Shown here: piece by piece, positions 28,451 to 41,884 of the stretch | Layout: each line of letters begins with the position of its first letter | Numbering within the stretch: the first letter of the stretch is position 1 | Assembly (NCBI RefSeq): GCF_009914755.1 | Contig: NC_060928.1 | Reading direction: 5' to 3' (one strand) | Origin: the human T2T-CHM13v2.0 reference genome, Homo sapiens | DNA: 64,000 bases | Notes under the pieces: model-generated | Told to the model about the DNA's origin: nothing | Database searches by the model: none | The model's input: only the letters and a program-made list of their open reading frames with translations | Position numbers and translations under genes: made by a program

Positions 28451-28959
28451 TGTGGCCTGGATATAGATGTTGTCGGGGAGGGAGATATCAAACCTGGCTT
28501 CAAGATTTGTAATTTGAATGGCTGGATAGATGTAGGTGCCTTTTGCTCACAAACAAACAAAAAAGAACCATAGAAAACCATCTATCAAGAGAAGTTGAGA
28601 GCACAATATTGAACGTGGTGGGTTTGAGGTGTCATTGATGTATCTGTAAAGAGATATGAGGTAGGCACTTGGATACATAAATTGTGAATTCAGAGAAGTG
28701 GCATGATCTGGTCATTAACCTGTTATAAATATTAAAACTGTAAGTGTGCAGGGGTCATTATGGCCAATACACTTAATAAAACAGACACGATGATTCAGCC
28801 AGATGATAACTAGTCATCTATGTTGCTGAATACATCGATGCTCTCAAAAAGGCACACAGTCATGGTGGCAAAGACAAATACTACAACTCAAAGATTATAA
28901 AAATGAGGTTCTAGACATTTTACATTCTGATGCTGCTCTACCAGAAATGGCAGATTGCT

Positions 28960-29320
28960 CAGATTTCCTTAACCAGGCTTCCACATCTATTCCTAATTGT
29001 TACGATTACTAGTGGCTAAGAGCTCACAGCTGTGTCCTTTCATAAAATTGGCCTCAATAGGATTCAGTCTGGTAATCAGGGAATTTGTGCAGCATCTCAA
29101 AGATGATCTACAACATTTTCATGTCCATGACATCGTCTTTGTCTCCCTATGGCTAGATGTTTGGAAAAACATTCTTGCCTGTTTTTTTTTTTTTTTCCTC
29201 TCACCTTTTCTACATCATTGTTTGATCCCTTAATAAATTTCCCTTAAGGATACTCTCTCAATAAATCATGTATACCTTAATCCTTGTCTTACATGAGCAT
29301 ATGGCACAGAACCCAGTGTC
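28960..29320 (+). mobile_element. LTR16-like ERVL LTR remnant
   Basis: ggctaagagctcacagctgtgtcc...tctcaataaatcatg...aatccttgtctt...cagaaccca. Confidence 0.5.
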
Positions 29321-29439
29321 ACCTACCATTGTTGCACTCATGCTTTAAAGTCAACTCACACTTCTGGTCTCATGGAGGGTTTCTTTTGAATTGCTTACAG
29401 AAGATAAAATATTCCAGAAAAGAAATTCTTCCTGTTATC

Positions 29440-29872
29440 AGAGTCATGGACATGCAAACGGACATTAGGGTTTTGTGGAAAAGGGAATTATCTGAATTAA
29501 AGCTATCCATGACAGTAGCAAATGGTTAATCTGGCTGGCTAGAGATCTGAAAAAGTAAAGGTTGAAAGATTGAGGATAATGAGGCCAGGACAAAAGATAA
29601 ATGACTCATCCTATTATTGGCAACAAAAAGTGTGAAGATTTTTTTTTTATGACACCTGGTCCCGCACCATAGAGAAGACACCATGGGAGACATTTAATAA
29701 AATAGACATGATGATGTAGCCAGATGATCCCAGTCATCTGTGTTGTTGACTATACCAGTCCTCCCAAAAAGGCACACAGTTGTGGTGGCAGAGATGGATG
29801 CTGCGACTGGAAGATTGTACAACATGAGTTCTAAAGTGTCTATATTCTGATGCTGCTCTACTAGAAACGGTC
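29440..29872 (+). mobile_element. ERVL pol (RNase H/integrase boundary) remnant; partial second copy at 28769-28950
   Basis: gcaaatggtt...ggctagagatctgaaaaag...ttgaaagattgaggataatgag...; ggcacacagttgtggtggcagagatgga resemble ERVL pol. Confidence 0.55.
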
Positions 29873-30254
29873 ACGAAAGTCAACAATAATTTACTTCTTC
29901 TAACAGTGCTTCTATTTCATTTATTATGAGATTTTAATAGATTTGAGAATATTTAACATTTACTTTTGTTCAGTTCTTTACTTTTGGCATTTAATGAATT
30001 GTGTAGATTTTCTTTCTTCTTCTTTTGAACTTCTTCATCTTTTTGAATACAGGTGTTTTCAGAATTCTTTGTAGGCTTTTTTGTACACTTCCCCTTTGGA
30101 GGTTATATTAATTCCCAAGGTCTTAACCACAGCTGTATTAGAGATAGGTACAGAGATAGATAGATATTCAATATTGAGAGTATATAGTATATAAAGAAAT
30201 AGGTATTCCTAATTTGTGGTATCATGATTGATTTTTCTTTGGAGAACAATATAT

Positions 30255-31250
30255 TAAAGTTAAAAATGTGTGCACTCTTGACCTAGAAATTTTAATTCTC
30301 TATGTTTATTTAGAAAAAGGCATGTACTTGTCTACAGACTAGGCATGAGCAAAATTTTTCCTTGCAGCATTGTTCATAAAAATGACTCTTTAAAAATTAA
30401 AATAAAAATTAATAGGGCAATAGCAATAAATAACTGCATTATATTTATATTATGTATTACTATAATTCGGTTTAAAAATAATTGTTTGTGTTTTTCAATA
30501 AGCAGATACCAAGAGAGCATTAGACATGCAAAAGTTTTATTGAATAAGAGCCCACAAAGGGTAAATGGGAGGGAACAGGACTAGGCAGAAGGAGTCTGCA
30601 AATTTTGATTCAGATCTGACAATTGTGGAAGGAATAAGGGAAGGTTTGGGTAGTAAGAACCTCAAGCAATAGTGCAGCTTTGAAAAAATCTCAACTAGGC
30701 TGAGGGCAGACCTAGACCAAACATGGCCTCTAAGATCTAACCCATGTTGCGCAGATATGGTCCAGCTCTTGTACCCCTGCTATGACTGTCATTGATTGAG
30801 AGTATTCCAGATAGAAGATGGCTTCCCCCTGACTAATGCAGGGGATACTAAAGGGACAGAAGCTAGAGGCTGTCTGTCAACTATACTCCCCACAGCATGT
30901 AGACATAAAGGATTTTCTAGCAGCATATTTCCAGTACCACCGCATTTAATTCACTTCGTTTGTAAAAAGCAATATTCAAAACAATGTGTATAGTGTTCTA
31001 CTATTTATACAAACACATGCACAAGACAAAAATAGCCTTATAAACACAGAACATTTACCAATGTATTAGCAGTAATTGCTGTTTGGAGAAGAACAAGAGT
31101 TATCTCTTGTGATTTTGGGGGTCGTGGGGGATGGCATGGGGACAGAGGTGTTCCCACAAGATACTTCTGCTTTATTTATATGGTCATTATGTTGCAATAG
31201 TATTAACATTTAAAATATATATATATCCATTTAAAATTGCAAGTAAATTA
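30255..31250 (+). mobile_element. L1ME 3' remnant interrupted by an LTR16-family LTR (about 30500-30945, minus)
   Basis: cttgacctagaaatt...cttgcagcattgttcataa; LTR part gggagggaacaggactaggcagaagga...gaggctgtctgtcaactatactcccca. Confidence 0.55.
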
Positions 31251-31314
31251 AATTAAATGAGAACCCTTATGTGGGCAAATGCATTTTTTAAGAATGGCTG
31301 GTTATTGTTAATTT

Positions 31315-32250
31315 AAATTTTTAAATGATTTTTGTTGTGAAATATGGCACACACACAGAAAACTTTGCAAAACAAAAGTGCAAAGCCCAATTAATTTCCA
31401 CAAAAAGTTCCTTCATGTAAGCCCCATCCAAATAAGAAAAGGACCATAGCAACTAAGATGGCACCCACACAGCCCCTCTCTAATCACCGCCTTCTTATTT
31501 CACAAATAACTTATGCCAGACTTCATAGTTAACTCTTTTCTTTTATTTATATATTTAGATATAGGAAATATATATATATATGTTCTAATTAATTTTATTT
31601 CCTGTAGAATAATGTTATAGAACATGCATATAAGAAGTACAATTACTTACCCTCTTTAAAATGTGTTATACCTTTTTTTATGCAGTGCTACTTAATTGAA
31701 TTAGACATTTAATTTTTATTTGACTTGAAATTCTGATATGCAGCATGATAGTTTATTTGTCTTAGTATATTTCTCATTATATTTAATATATATTATGTGT
31801 GTGTGTCTATATAACTATCTATCTATATATATAGGTATGTATATTATAGAGATAGATATATCCAATCCCTTTGTCAGTTACGATGATTAAAAAACCTCCT
31901 GCAATTTTGTGGCTTGTGTGCTCACTTTCATAAGGATGTCTTGAGATAAACATGATTCCCAATTTTTATGTTGTAAAATGGATTCTGTTATGCTTTTTAT
32001 ATTTGTGTTCTATTGAAGATTTTTCATTCCACCTCACATCATCTTAAAAATCTCCTATAATTTTTACTAGAAATCATACAGTTTTGCCTTTTTAATTTAG
32101 GTTTCCAACCCAAATGAAGTAGGTTTTTGATTTACAATGCAACGTACAGGTAAAGTAAATTTAATTTTGTTCATATTTATATTAAGTTATTTTACTATAA
32201 TATATTGAAAAGACTCTCCTTTTCACACTGTTCTGTATTGCAACTTGTAT
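31315..32250 (-). mobile_element. Old L1ME-type 3' remnant carrying a foreign ~190-bp insert
   Basis: ttgtgaaatatggcacacacacagaaaac...; aatccctttgtcagttac...ttttgtggcttgt...attgaaaagactctcctt. Confidence 0.6.
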
Positions 32251-32761
32251 TAATTTACAACTGCTGGACATATACATATGATTATAAGTATATATAAATA
32301 TATAGAGCTATGTATCTAGCATATTACCTGCAAGTTGTGTGGGAAAACATATTCTAATTCATTTATATAACACAAATTTTTATTTCTAAACTGAATTGAA
32401 CTTTAAAAAATATGATGCCTAAAACCTGCTTTTTTTCATAATATGTATGGAATTTTGACACTCTAGCTGAAGCACATCTCTATTTGAGCAGGCAGTTGGA
32501 TGAATTATTTTAGATGATTGTTTAGCCTGCAGTGTCTATGCTCAGAGGTTTTATAGGATTTGCAGAACTTATCTTACACTTTCTTATTTTTTGCTGGATT
32601 TACTTGTCCACCCTGGAGACTCTCCTAAATTGCTAAAAGCATCTCTTATAATTCCTAAAGGGTTGTAATCATTTATTTGCTTCATATATATAGTCAGAAT
32701 AGTAAATTATATTTCTCTAAATGCTGCTCAGTTAAACTTTTAAAGAATAGTAAACACTGAG

Positions 32762-33278
32762 TGCCGAGACCAGCTGGGTCAGGGAGACCCTAACTCAGCT
32801 GCACTAGAGGAATTAAAGACACACACACAGAAATGTAGAGGTGTGGAGTGGGAAATCAGGGGTCTCACAGCCTTCAGAGCTGAGAGCCTCGAACAGAGAT
32901 TTACCCATGTGTTTATTGACAGCAAGCCAGTGATAAGCATTGTTTCTATAGATTATAGATTAACTAAAAGTATTCCTTATGGGAAATAAAGGGTGGGCCG
33001 AAATAAAGGGATGGGCTCTGGCTAGTTATCTGCAGCAAGCGGGAGCGTGTCCTTAAGGCACAGATCGCTCATGCTGTTGTGTGTGGTTTAAGAACGCCTT
33101 TAAGCAGTTTTCTGCCGTGGGTGGGCCAGGTGTTCCTTGCCCTCATTCCGGTAAACCCACAACCTTCCAGCGTGGGCATCATGGCCATCACGAACATGTC
33201 ACAGAGCTGCAGAGATTTTGTTTATGACCAGTTTGGGGGCCAGTTTATGGCCAGATTTTGGGAGGCCTGTTCCCAACA
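32762..33278 (-). mobile_element. MER9 solo LTR (HERV-K HML-3)
   Basis: Minus strand begins TGTTGGGAACAGGCCTCCCAAAATCTGGCCATAAACTGGCCCCC and ends GCTGGTCTCGGCA; about 517 bp; CpG-richer than the flanks. Confidence 0.92.
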
Positions 33279-33336
33279 AATAAGCAAATTGGCATTTAAC
33301 TTTTGTTCTGTTGTTCTACTCTTGTTTTTATAGTAC

Positions 33337-33381
33337 ATAAATTTTGATAAAAGTAAATTTTGATAAAATAAATTTTGATAG
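33337..33381. repeat. Three tandem copies of a ~16-bp unit (taaattttgataaaa)
   Basis: ataaattttgataaaagtaaattttgataaaataaattttgatag. Confidence 0.85.
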
Positions 33382-34951
33382 CAGATAATAATGATAATTT
33401 CACCACTGCTTTTCAAGTAGAATAACATATCAGTCATTTTCTATTTTGGGCATAGAAGTAGTTGGCTAAGGCTATAACCTTAATTCCTCCAAATGTATTT
33501 ATTACTAAAATGTTAAGCTGAATTTTACATACTTGGAATTGTCTTTAGCTATAGGTTGAAAAAAACTAAAGATAAAAGATTGAACAAAATCTCGACAATA
33601 TACTGTCACAGAAAAAAAAAAGGAAGAAGTAACAACTTCCTATAATATTAATTTCCCCTGGCAAATCCAAATTCCTGAATAGGTATGCACACACAACACT
33701 CAGAAGATATATATAGGTGAATGTAGGATTAAAAATCCCAAACTTCAAAGCAGCATTTATACCCTTGGGGAAATTTACCGCAAATAAAAAAAACAGTTCA
33801 TAGTGATATGTAAGCTTTTAGTTGGCCCTTGAGGTACCTTGAGGGATTTCTAAGTTATAAATATATAGGTTTAGTTAACAGCAAGCTAATTATGTCATGA
33901 ATCCATGTTTTATTTAATTTTATTTCCTGTAGAATAATGTTATAAAACATGCATATAAGAAGTACAAATTACTTAGCCTCTTTAAAATTTGTTACACCTT
34001 TTTCTATGCAGTGCTACTTAATTGAATTAGGCATTTAAATTTTACTTGATTTGAAATTCTGATATGCAGCATGTTACTTTGTCTTAGTATGTATTTTCAT
34101 TGGTGTATTCTTTATAATACAAAGTTATATGCAGCAGAGATTTAATTTACTAAATGATGTACACTGAATGTTTAAGAACTTGACTTTGAGAATGTTAGTG
34201 GTTGTTTATACAAGTTTTTAAATTATTAGTTTGCAGAAAAATTGGTTACTTAATTTGTCATGAAACAAATGAGTGTAGAGACTTTACAGCACATATTTCT
34301 TTTTTTCTTCATTTGCTTATTTTTAATTTAGTAAATATTTGCATATAACCTACCCCATGCTATATAAAAATATATTCAACCATTTATAAGTTGTGATAAA
34401 TATTACAACTAACTATGCATTTTCATGAGTAGAAATACCATGGTAACAAGAAATGAAGTTTTTCCTTTACCTTATCTTCAAGCCAATATGGTATGGTCCA
34501 GAGTTTACTCTAAAGAAAAGAAAATAGAAGTAATATAAATTTAGTTTCATAAATGTTTATTAGGCATATATTATGTTCAAAACACTAACATATTAATGTA
34601 TACATATATACATATATATGTACATAATATGTGTATGTATGTGTTTATCTATATGTATACACATAAAAGTATGCAACTATATATACGCGTCTCTCTTTAC
34701 TTCTTAAAATGAATACAATCCTTATGGAACTGGGCTCTGTATTAAAACAAGCATGGAATAGAATTTGAAAATGTTCATAGGAGAGGTAAACATTTAGAAC
34801 CATTATTAATCATAACTGGGTTATTATTTTAAAAATCACATGTGGTCAGGGTGATAAAGACATGGTGATACAAATTAATGTTAACATGGCTTTTCAATAA
34901 CAGAGATAATTTGAATAAGTAGATATGTGGTAAAGACCACTCTAGGTTTAG

Positions 34952-34991
34952 CAAAACAAAACAAAACAAAACAAAACAAAACAAAACAAAA
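34952..34991. repeat. (CAAAA)8 microsatellite within an L2-like remnant
   Basis: caaaacaaaa... perfect pentamer run. Confidence 0.95.
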
Positions 34992-36539
34992 CCCACTGAG
35001 TTTGGTTAGTGGTCAATGTGCATGCAAGAAGGTCTTAGGGTGCAAAATTAGAGTGTGTTGAGTGGCCACTTGTGTTTTTCTATTAGACATGAAAGTCATT
35101 GATTCCAGTTTGGCAATCAGGAGAATATCATGATCAAGTTATCCTTTAGGACTACTTAGCTAACTGAAGTGTATGTCATTAATAATATAACTATAATAAT
35201 GAAACAATTATAATATTGTTTAACAGATAACATTAATAAGTAATAATGTAGAGGGTAAGATTTTGGGAATCTAAAACATTGGTATATAAGAAATTTTCTA
35301 CAACAAATTATTTTAAACACAAGTCTACAATTCTTCCACTGGTGAAAACAAATGCTAAGTCAGCTGTTAGTAAAAAATATGCATCCAAATATTTCTGAGT
35401 GTTTTTTGTTTGTTTTCAATTTAGCAAGTTCAGATTTTAACTAAGTTCAATATTCTCAGCCTCTTTTTCTCATCAAGGCATGGAATGTGGTGCCAAGATC
35501 AGGATTTGGTGGGTTTCTGATTATGTCTGTATTTGTACACATCAACATGTTCTGATCATATACCTGTCTGTCAGGTCTCTACGCATGAGGTTAGTAATAT
35601 TTCCATAAATTGTCCCTGTCCGTGTCTTTGCAATTCATTTGGTTCTAATAATATATTTTGTAAATCTTCCAAGTGACTCTAGGGCCATGAAGTGCCATTG
35701 TTTCAATATTGTGTAACTAGTGCCCTATGGATTTTTCTTCCCTAGACTTTTCTCTCAATCTTCCATACCACTAAAATGCTTTCCAAGAATATGAACAAAA
35801 AATAGAGATCAGGGCTCCTCTAATATTAGATCACCAAAATAAAAACAGTAACAGTAATATTGTGAATAATACAAATGGCTATTTGTTGTTCATTTGTTGT
35901 CGTTCATTCTTTGCTGCTAAACCTGGAGACTTAGAGTAAAACAATGTCTTTAGGGAAATTTCAAAAATAAAATATTTCAAAATAAAAATGACCAAATACG
36001 TTTTTAGATAGATATTATTTTCCTGTTTCCTCCTATGACTTTGGAAACACTTTTACAGAAATTTGTTTTTTGCTAACAAGTAGGGAGTAAGATTTCGGGA
36101 AAAGAAATACAGCAAAAACAGTCCAAGGACACATTTCAGCCCTTTCTTAATGTGCATGCTAGACTAAAAGAGCAAAATGAAATGTCTATGTTTATTTCTA
36201 ATTTATCACAACTCACATAATTAAAGATAACATTTTTGTTTGAGGACAAAATCTTATTAAAACTATGAAATAGTAAAGTTTTATTATATATCCTCTAGAC
36301 ATATCGCATGAAAAACTGTAACTGCTAGGTAACTGATTGGAATGTTTCTGGTTTTCAATTTGCCTATCTTCTTTTTCAATTAGTAAAATCAAATTTTGCT
36401 ATTGACATTTCCATCAGGAATATAAATGTTATTAGCTGAGGTGGCTACTGTGAAATAGTGGGAATGCAGCTTTTGTAATGTTCATTCTTTGAAACATTTT
36501 TTTCTATTTAAAATATACTATGTTGAAATATTGAGCTAT

Positions 36540-37850
36540 AATTTAAAATAAATAAATCACATGAAATATTTTAATTTTATTTCCAGGTAAATGTAAGGAT
36601 AGAAATTCACCTGTATAAATACCTATACATTTAAGATATAGATCATTTTTATCATCCTAAAAAGTTTCTTCATGTCAATCCTACCCTCCATGATGGAATC
36701 CAGGGAACCATCAATTTGCCTTTTGTAACTAAAGAATAGGTATTTTTTTATATGTTTACACCAGTGCTGTATGTGTGTATCATTTGTGTCTGGTTTCCTT
36801 TGCGAAGCATGATGTTTTTGATATTTATCCAATTTGTTATATGTTCAAGTAGATGGTTTTATTTAATAAAAAGTAGTATTTGATCATACAACTATACCCC
36901 AATTTGTTATCCTATTCATATCTTAATGGTTATACATGTTGCTTCAAGATATAAGGTTTATTAATATACCTGTTATATGCATTTATATACAATGTTTATA
37001 TGGACTTACATTTACATTTATCTTACACAAATTCTAAAAAGTGCAGTTTCTAAAATACACGATAGATATATATGCTTAACTTCATAAGGAACTGCCAAAA
37101 TCTTTTCCAAAATGGTGGTAATGTTTTACAGTTCCATTTACAATGTATGAGTGCTCCAGATGAGCTGTATCCAGTTAACAGTGAAAGCTTTCAGTCTTAC
37201 TCGTTTCAGCCATTCTAGTGTATGTGCAATACCACTAATTGCAGTTTTATTTTCAATTTTACTAAGGTGAATTATATAAAAATAATGTGTTTATTGTATA
37301 TTTGTGTATTTTTGTAAATGTTCCTTTTTTGCTAATACATTTTTTATTAGAAGACTACAATTATTACATAATCTAAAATCATTTTTCACATATATGCATT
37401 CTGAACATATTTGTTTAAACTGTGGGTTGTCTTTTCATTTTTTGAATAGGGTTTTCAAAGAGCAGGAGTTCCTTAATTTTGATGAAGTCCAATTTATCAT
37501 TATTTTCTTTTATTATCCATGCTTAGTTTGTTCAATTAAGGATATATTTGTCTACCCAACATCATAAAGATATTTTCCTATAATTTCAAAAGATTTATAG
37601 TTTTAACTTTTTGTACTATGAGATCCATTTTGAATTAATTTTCGCATATGGTGTGAGATAAGGATTAAGTTTATTTTTTCCTAAATGGATACACAGGCTT
37701 TTCGATACTATGTATTTTAAAAAATAAACTGCATAATAAATTGCACTAGGGTATCTATCAAAATATTTTCCATAAATGTAAAGGGTATATGTATACATTC
37801 CTTACTTTGTTCCTTAGACAAATAACATATCCTGGCATGATTACACTTTT
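36540..37850 (-). mobile_element. Old L1M (MC/MD/ME-type) 3' portion; host of the L1PA13-like insertion, resumes at about 44350
   Basis: aaggaactgccaaaatcttttccaaaatggt...aattttgatgaagtccaatttatc...gatccattttgaattaattttcgcatatggtgtgag; collinear continuation after 44350. Confidence 0.8.
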
Positions 37851-38063
37851 CTTTAACTTTTACTTTGAGTTCAGGGGTACAGGTTTGTTACATAGGTAAA
37901 TGTGTTTCATGGGGGGTTGTTGTACAGATTATTTCATCACTCAGGTATTAGACCTAGTGTACCTTAGTTATTTTTGCTGATTCTCTTCCTTCTCCCACTT
38001 TCCACACTCTGATAGGCTCCAGTGTGTGTTGTTCCCCTCTATGTGTCCATGTGTTCTCAATAT

Positions 38064-41000
38064 TTAGCTCCTACTTATAAGTGAGAATATGTGGTATTTG
38101 GTTTTCTGATCCTGCATTAGTTTGCTAAGGATAATGATCTCCAGCTCTATTCATGCCTCTGCAAAGGACATGATATCATTCTTTTTTAAGGCTGCATAGA
38201 ACTCCATGGTTATGTACCACATTTTCTTTACCTAGTCTATCATTGATGGGCATTTAGGTTGATTCCATGGATTTGTTATTGTGAATAGTGCTGCAATGAA
38301 CATATCCATGGATGTGTCTTTATAGTAGAATGATTTATATTTTGGGGGGTGTATACCCAATGATAGGATTGCTGGGTCGAATGGTATTTCTGTCTTTAGG
38401 TCTTTGAGGAATTGCCACACTGTCTTCCACAATGGTTGAGCTAATTTACACTCTAACCAACAGTGTAGAAGTATTCCTTTTTCTGCACAACCTTGCCAGC
38501 ATTGCTATTTTTTGACTTTTTATTAATAGCCATTCTGACTGGTTTGATATAGTGTGTCATTGTGGTTTTGATTTGCATTTCTCTAATGATTGGTGATATT
38601 GAGCTTTTTTCACATGATTATTTGCTGCATGTATGTCTTGAAAAGTGTCTGTTCATGTCCTTTGCACACTTTTTAAAGGGGCTATTTGTTTTTCTTGTAA
38701 ATTTGTGTAAGTACCTTATAGATGCTGAATATTAGACCTTTGTCAGATGTATAGTGTGCATAAATTCTTTCACATTCTCTGGAAATTTTCTTTGCTCTGT
38801 TGATAGTTTCTTTTTCTGTGCAGAAATTCTTAAGTTTAATTAGATCCCATTGTCAATTTTTGGTTTTGTTGCAATTGTTTTTGGCATCTGTATGATAAAA
38901 TCCATGCCTGTGCCTATGTCTTGAATGGTATTGCCTAAACTGTCTTCCAGGGTTTTTATAGTTTTTAGTTTTCAATTTAAGTATTTGATCCATGTTGAGT
39001 TAATTTTTGTATATAGCATAAGGAAGGAGTCCAGTTTTAATCTTCTGCATATGGCTAGCCAGTTATTTGAGCAACATGTATTAAATAGAGGATTCTTTCC
39101 CCATTGCTTGGTTTTGTCAGATTTGTGAAAGAACAGATAGTTGTAGGTGTTCAGCCTTATTTGTTGATTTTATATTCTGTTCCTTTGGTCTACACATCTG
39201 TTTTTATACCAGTACCATGCTGTGTTGGTTGCTGTAGCCCTGTAGTATAGATTGAACCTGGGTAGCATAATGCCTCCATCTTTGTTCGTTTTGCTTAGGA
39301 TTACCTTGGACTATTCAGGCTCTATTTTGGTTCCAAGTGAATTTTAAAATATTTTTTTCTAGTTTTATTAAGGTTGTCAATGGTAGTTTAACAAGAATAG
39401 CATTGAATCTATAAATTGCTTTGGGCAGTACAGCCATTTTAACAATATTGATTCTTCCTATCAATGAGCATGGAAAGGTTTTCCATTTTTTTGTGTGTCA
39501 TCTCTGATATTTTTGAACAGGGTTTTGTAGTTCTCCTTGTAGAGATCTTCCACCTCCCTGGTTAGCTGCATTCCTACATATTTTATTCTTTTTGTGGCAG
39601 TTGTGAAGCGGAGTACGTTCCTGATTTTGCTCTTGGCTTGACTGTTGTTAGTGTATAAAAATGATAGTGATTTTTGCACACTGATTTCATATCCTGAGAC
39701 TGCCGAAGTTGTTTATCAGCTAAAAAAAACTTTTGGGCTGAGATTATGGGTTTTTCTAGATGTAAAGTCACATTTTCTGAAAACAGGAATAGTTTGACTT
39801 CCTCTCTTCCTAGTTGGAGGCCCTTTATTTCTTTCTTGTTCCTGATTGCCTTGGTCAGGACTTACAATACTATGTTGAATAGGAGCAGTGAGAGAGGGCA
39901 TCATTGTATTGTGCCAATTTTGAAGGGGAAATCTAGCTTTTGCTCATTCATTATGATGTTGGCTGTGGGTTTGTCATACATGGAGCTTATTATTCTGAGT
40001 ATTTTTCTTAATTTCCAAACTCATTGAGATTTTTTAACATAAAGGAATGTTGAGTTTTTTCAAAAGCCTTTTGTGCATTTATTGAGATTATCATGTGTTT
40101 TTTTTTGGCTTCAGTTCTGTTTATGTGATTAATCACATGTATTGATTTGCATATGTTGAACAAACCTTGCATCCCAGAGATGAAGCCTACTTGATCATGG
40201 GGGATAAGCTTTTTGATGTGTTGCTGGATTTCATTTGCCAACATTTTTTTACTGTATCACTGCAAGGTTCTGCTATCAGGATGATGCTGACCTCACAAAA
40301 TGAGTTAGTGGGGCATTCCTCCTCCTCAATTTTTTTGATTAGTTTCAGTAGGAATGCTACCAGCTCTTCCTTATACATCTGGTAGAATTAAGCTGCTAAT
40401 CTATCTGGTCCTGGACTTTTTGGGGTTTGTAGGCCATGTATTACTGCCTGAATTTCAGAGCTTGTTATTAGTTTGTTTAGCAATTAAATTTCTTCCTGAT
40501 TTAATCTTAGGAGGGAGTATATGTCCATGAATTTTTCCATTTATTCTAGATTTTCTGGATTATGTATATAGAGGTGTTTATGCTATTCTCTGATGGTTGT
40601 TTGTATTTTTGTGGGGTCAGTAGTAACATCTTCCTTTTCATATCTGATTGTGTTTATTTGAATCTTTTCTTCTGTGTTGGTCTAGCTAGTGATCTATTTT
40701 ATTACTTTTCTTTCAAAAAACAGGCTCAAATTCTTAGATCTTTTCACTTGTCTTTCATGTCTTCATCTCCCTCAGTTCAGCTGTGATTTTGGTTATTTCT
40801 TGTTTTTGCTAGATTTCGCATTTGTTTGCTCTTGCTTCTCTAGCTTTTTTAGTTGTGACGATACATTGTAAACTTGAGATCTTTCTTTTTCATGGGAGCA
40901 TTTCGTGCAATAGATTTCCCTCTTAATACTGCCTTAGTAACACTGCATTAGCCTAGCTGTGTCTGAGAGAATCTGGTATGTTGTATCTTTGTTCTCATTA

Positions 41001-41816
41001 CAAATAACTTCTTTATTTCTACCTTAATTTCATTATTTACCCAAAAGTCACTCAAGACCAAGTTTATCAATTTTTTGTGATTGTATGGTTTTGAGTGATT
41101 TCTTAGTCTTGATTTCTAATTTGATTGTACTTGGTACAATAAATTGTTATGATTTCAGGGTGGTTTTTTTTTTGCACTTTCTGTGTAGTGTTTTATGTCC
41201 AATTATAATTTTAGAGTAAATACAATGTGTTAATGAGAAGAATGTATACTCTGTTGATTTGGGATGGAGAATTCTGTAGATATCTACCAGGTCCATTTGA
41301 TCCAGTGCTGTGTGTGGGTCTTGATTATCTTTATTAATTTCTGTGCCAATGGTCTGTCTAATATTGTCAGTGGAGTGGTAAAGTCTTCCACTGTTTTTGT
41401 GTGGAAGTCTAAGTCTCCCTGAAGGTTTCTAAGAACTTGCTTTACGAATCTGGGTGGCCCTGTGTTGAGTGCATATATATTCAGCATAGTTAGATTTTCT
41501 GGTTGAATTGAACTCTTTACCATTATGTAATACTTTCCTTTTTCTTTTTTTTGATATTTGTTGATTTAAAGTGTTTTGTCAGGTACTAGGATTGCAACGC
41601 CTGATTATTTTCTGTTTTCTATTTCTTGGCAGATTTTTCTCCATCCCTTTATTTTGAACTCATTTGTGTCATCCCATGTGAGATGGGTCTTTGAGGACAG
41701 CATATCAATGCATTTTGGTTCTTTATCCGACTTCCCACCCTGTGTCTTTTAATTGCTGCAATTAGTCCATTTACATTTAAGGTTAGTATTGATATGTGTG
41801 GATTTGATCCTGTCAT
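38064..41816 (-). pseudogene. Disrupted L1 ORF2 (endonuclease / reverse transcriptase)
   Basis: Start ATGACAGGATCAAATCCACAC at 41816; fragments MVKSSIQPENLTMLNIYALNTG (EN), [18 protein letters not shown] (RT) and WKTVWQFLKDLKTEIPFDPAI (C-terminal); many stops and frameshifts. Confidence 0.93.
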
Positions 41817-41884
41817 CATTATGTTAGCTGGTTATTTTGCAGACTTGTTTATATAGTTGCTTTAGAGTGTCACTGGTCTGTGTG

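Noticed and set aside
38232-41523. Reverse transcriptase/endonuclease peptides as a possible novel RT system
   Set aside because: Ordinary frameshifted LINE-1 ORF2 fragments.
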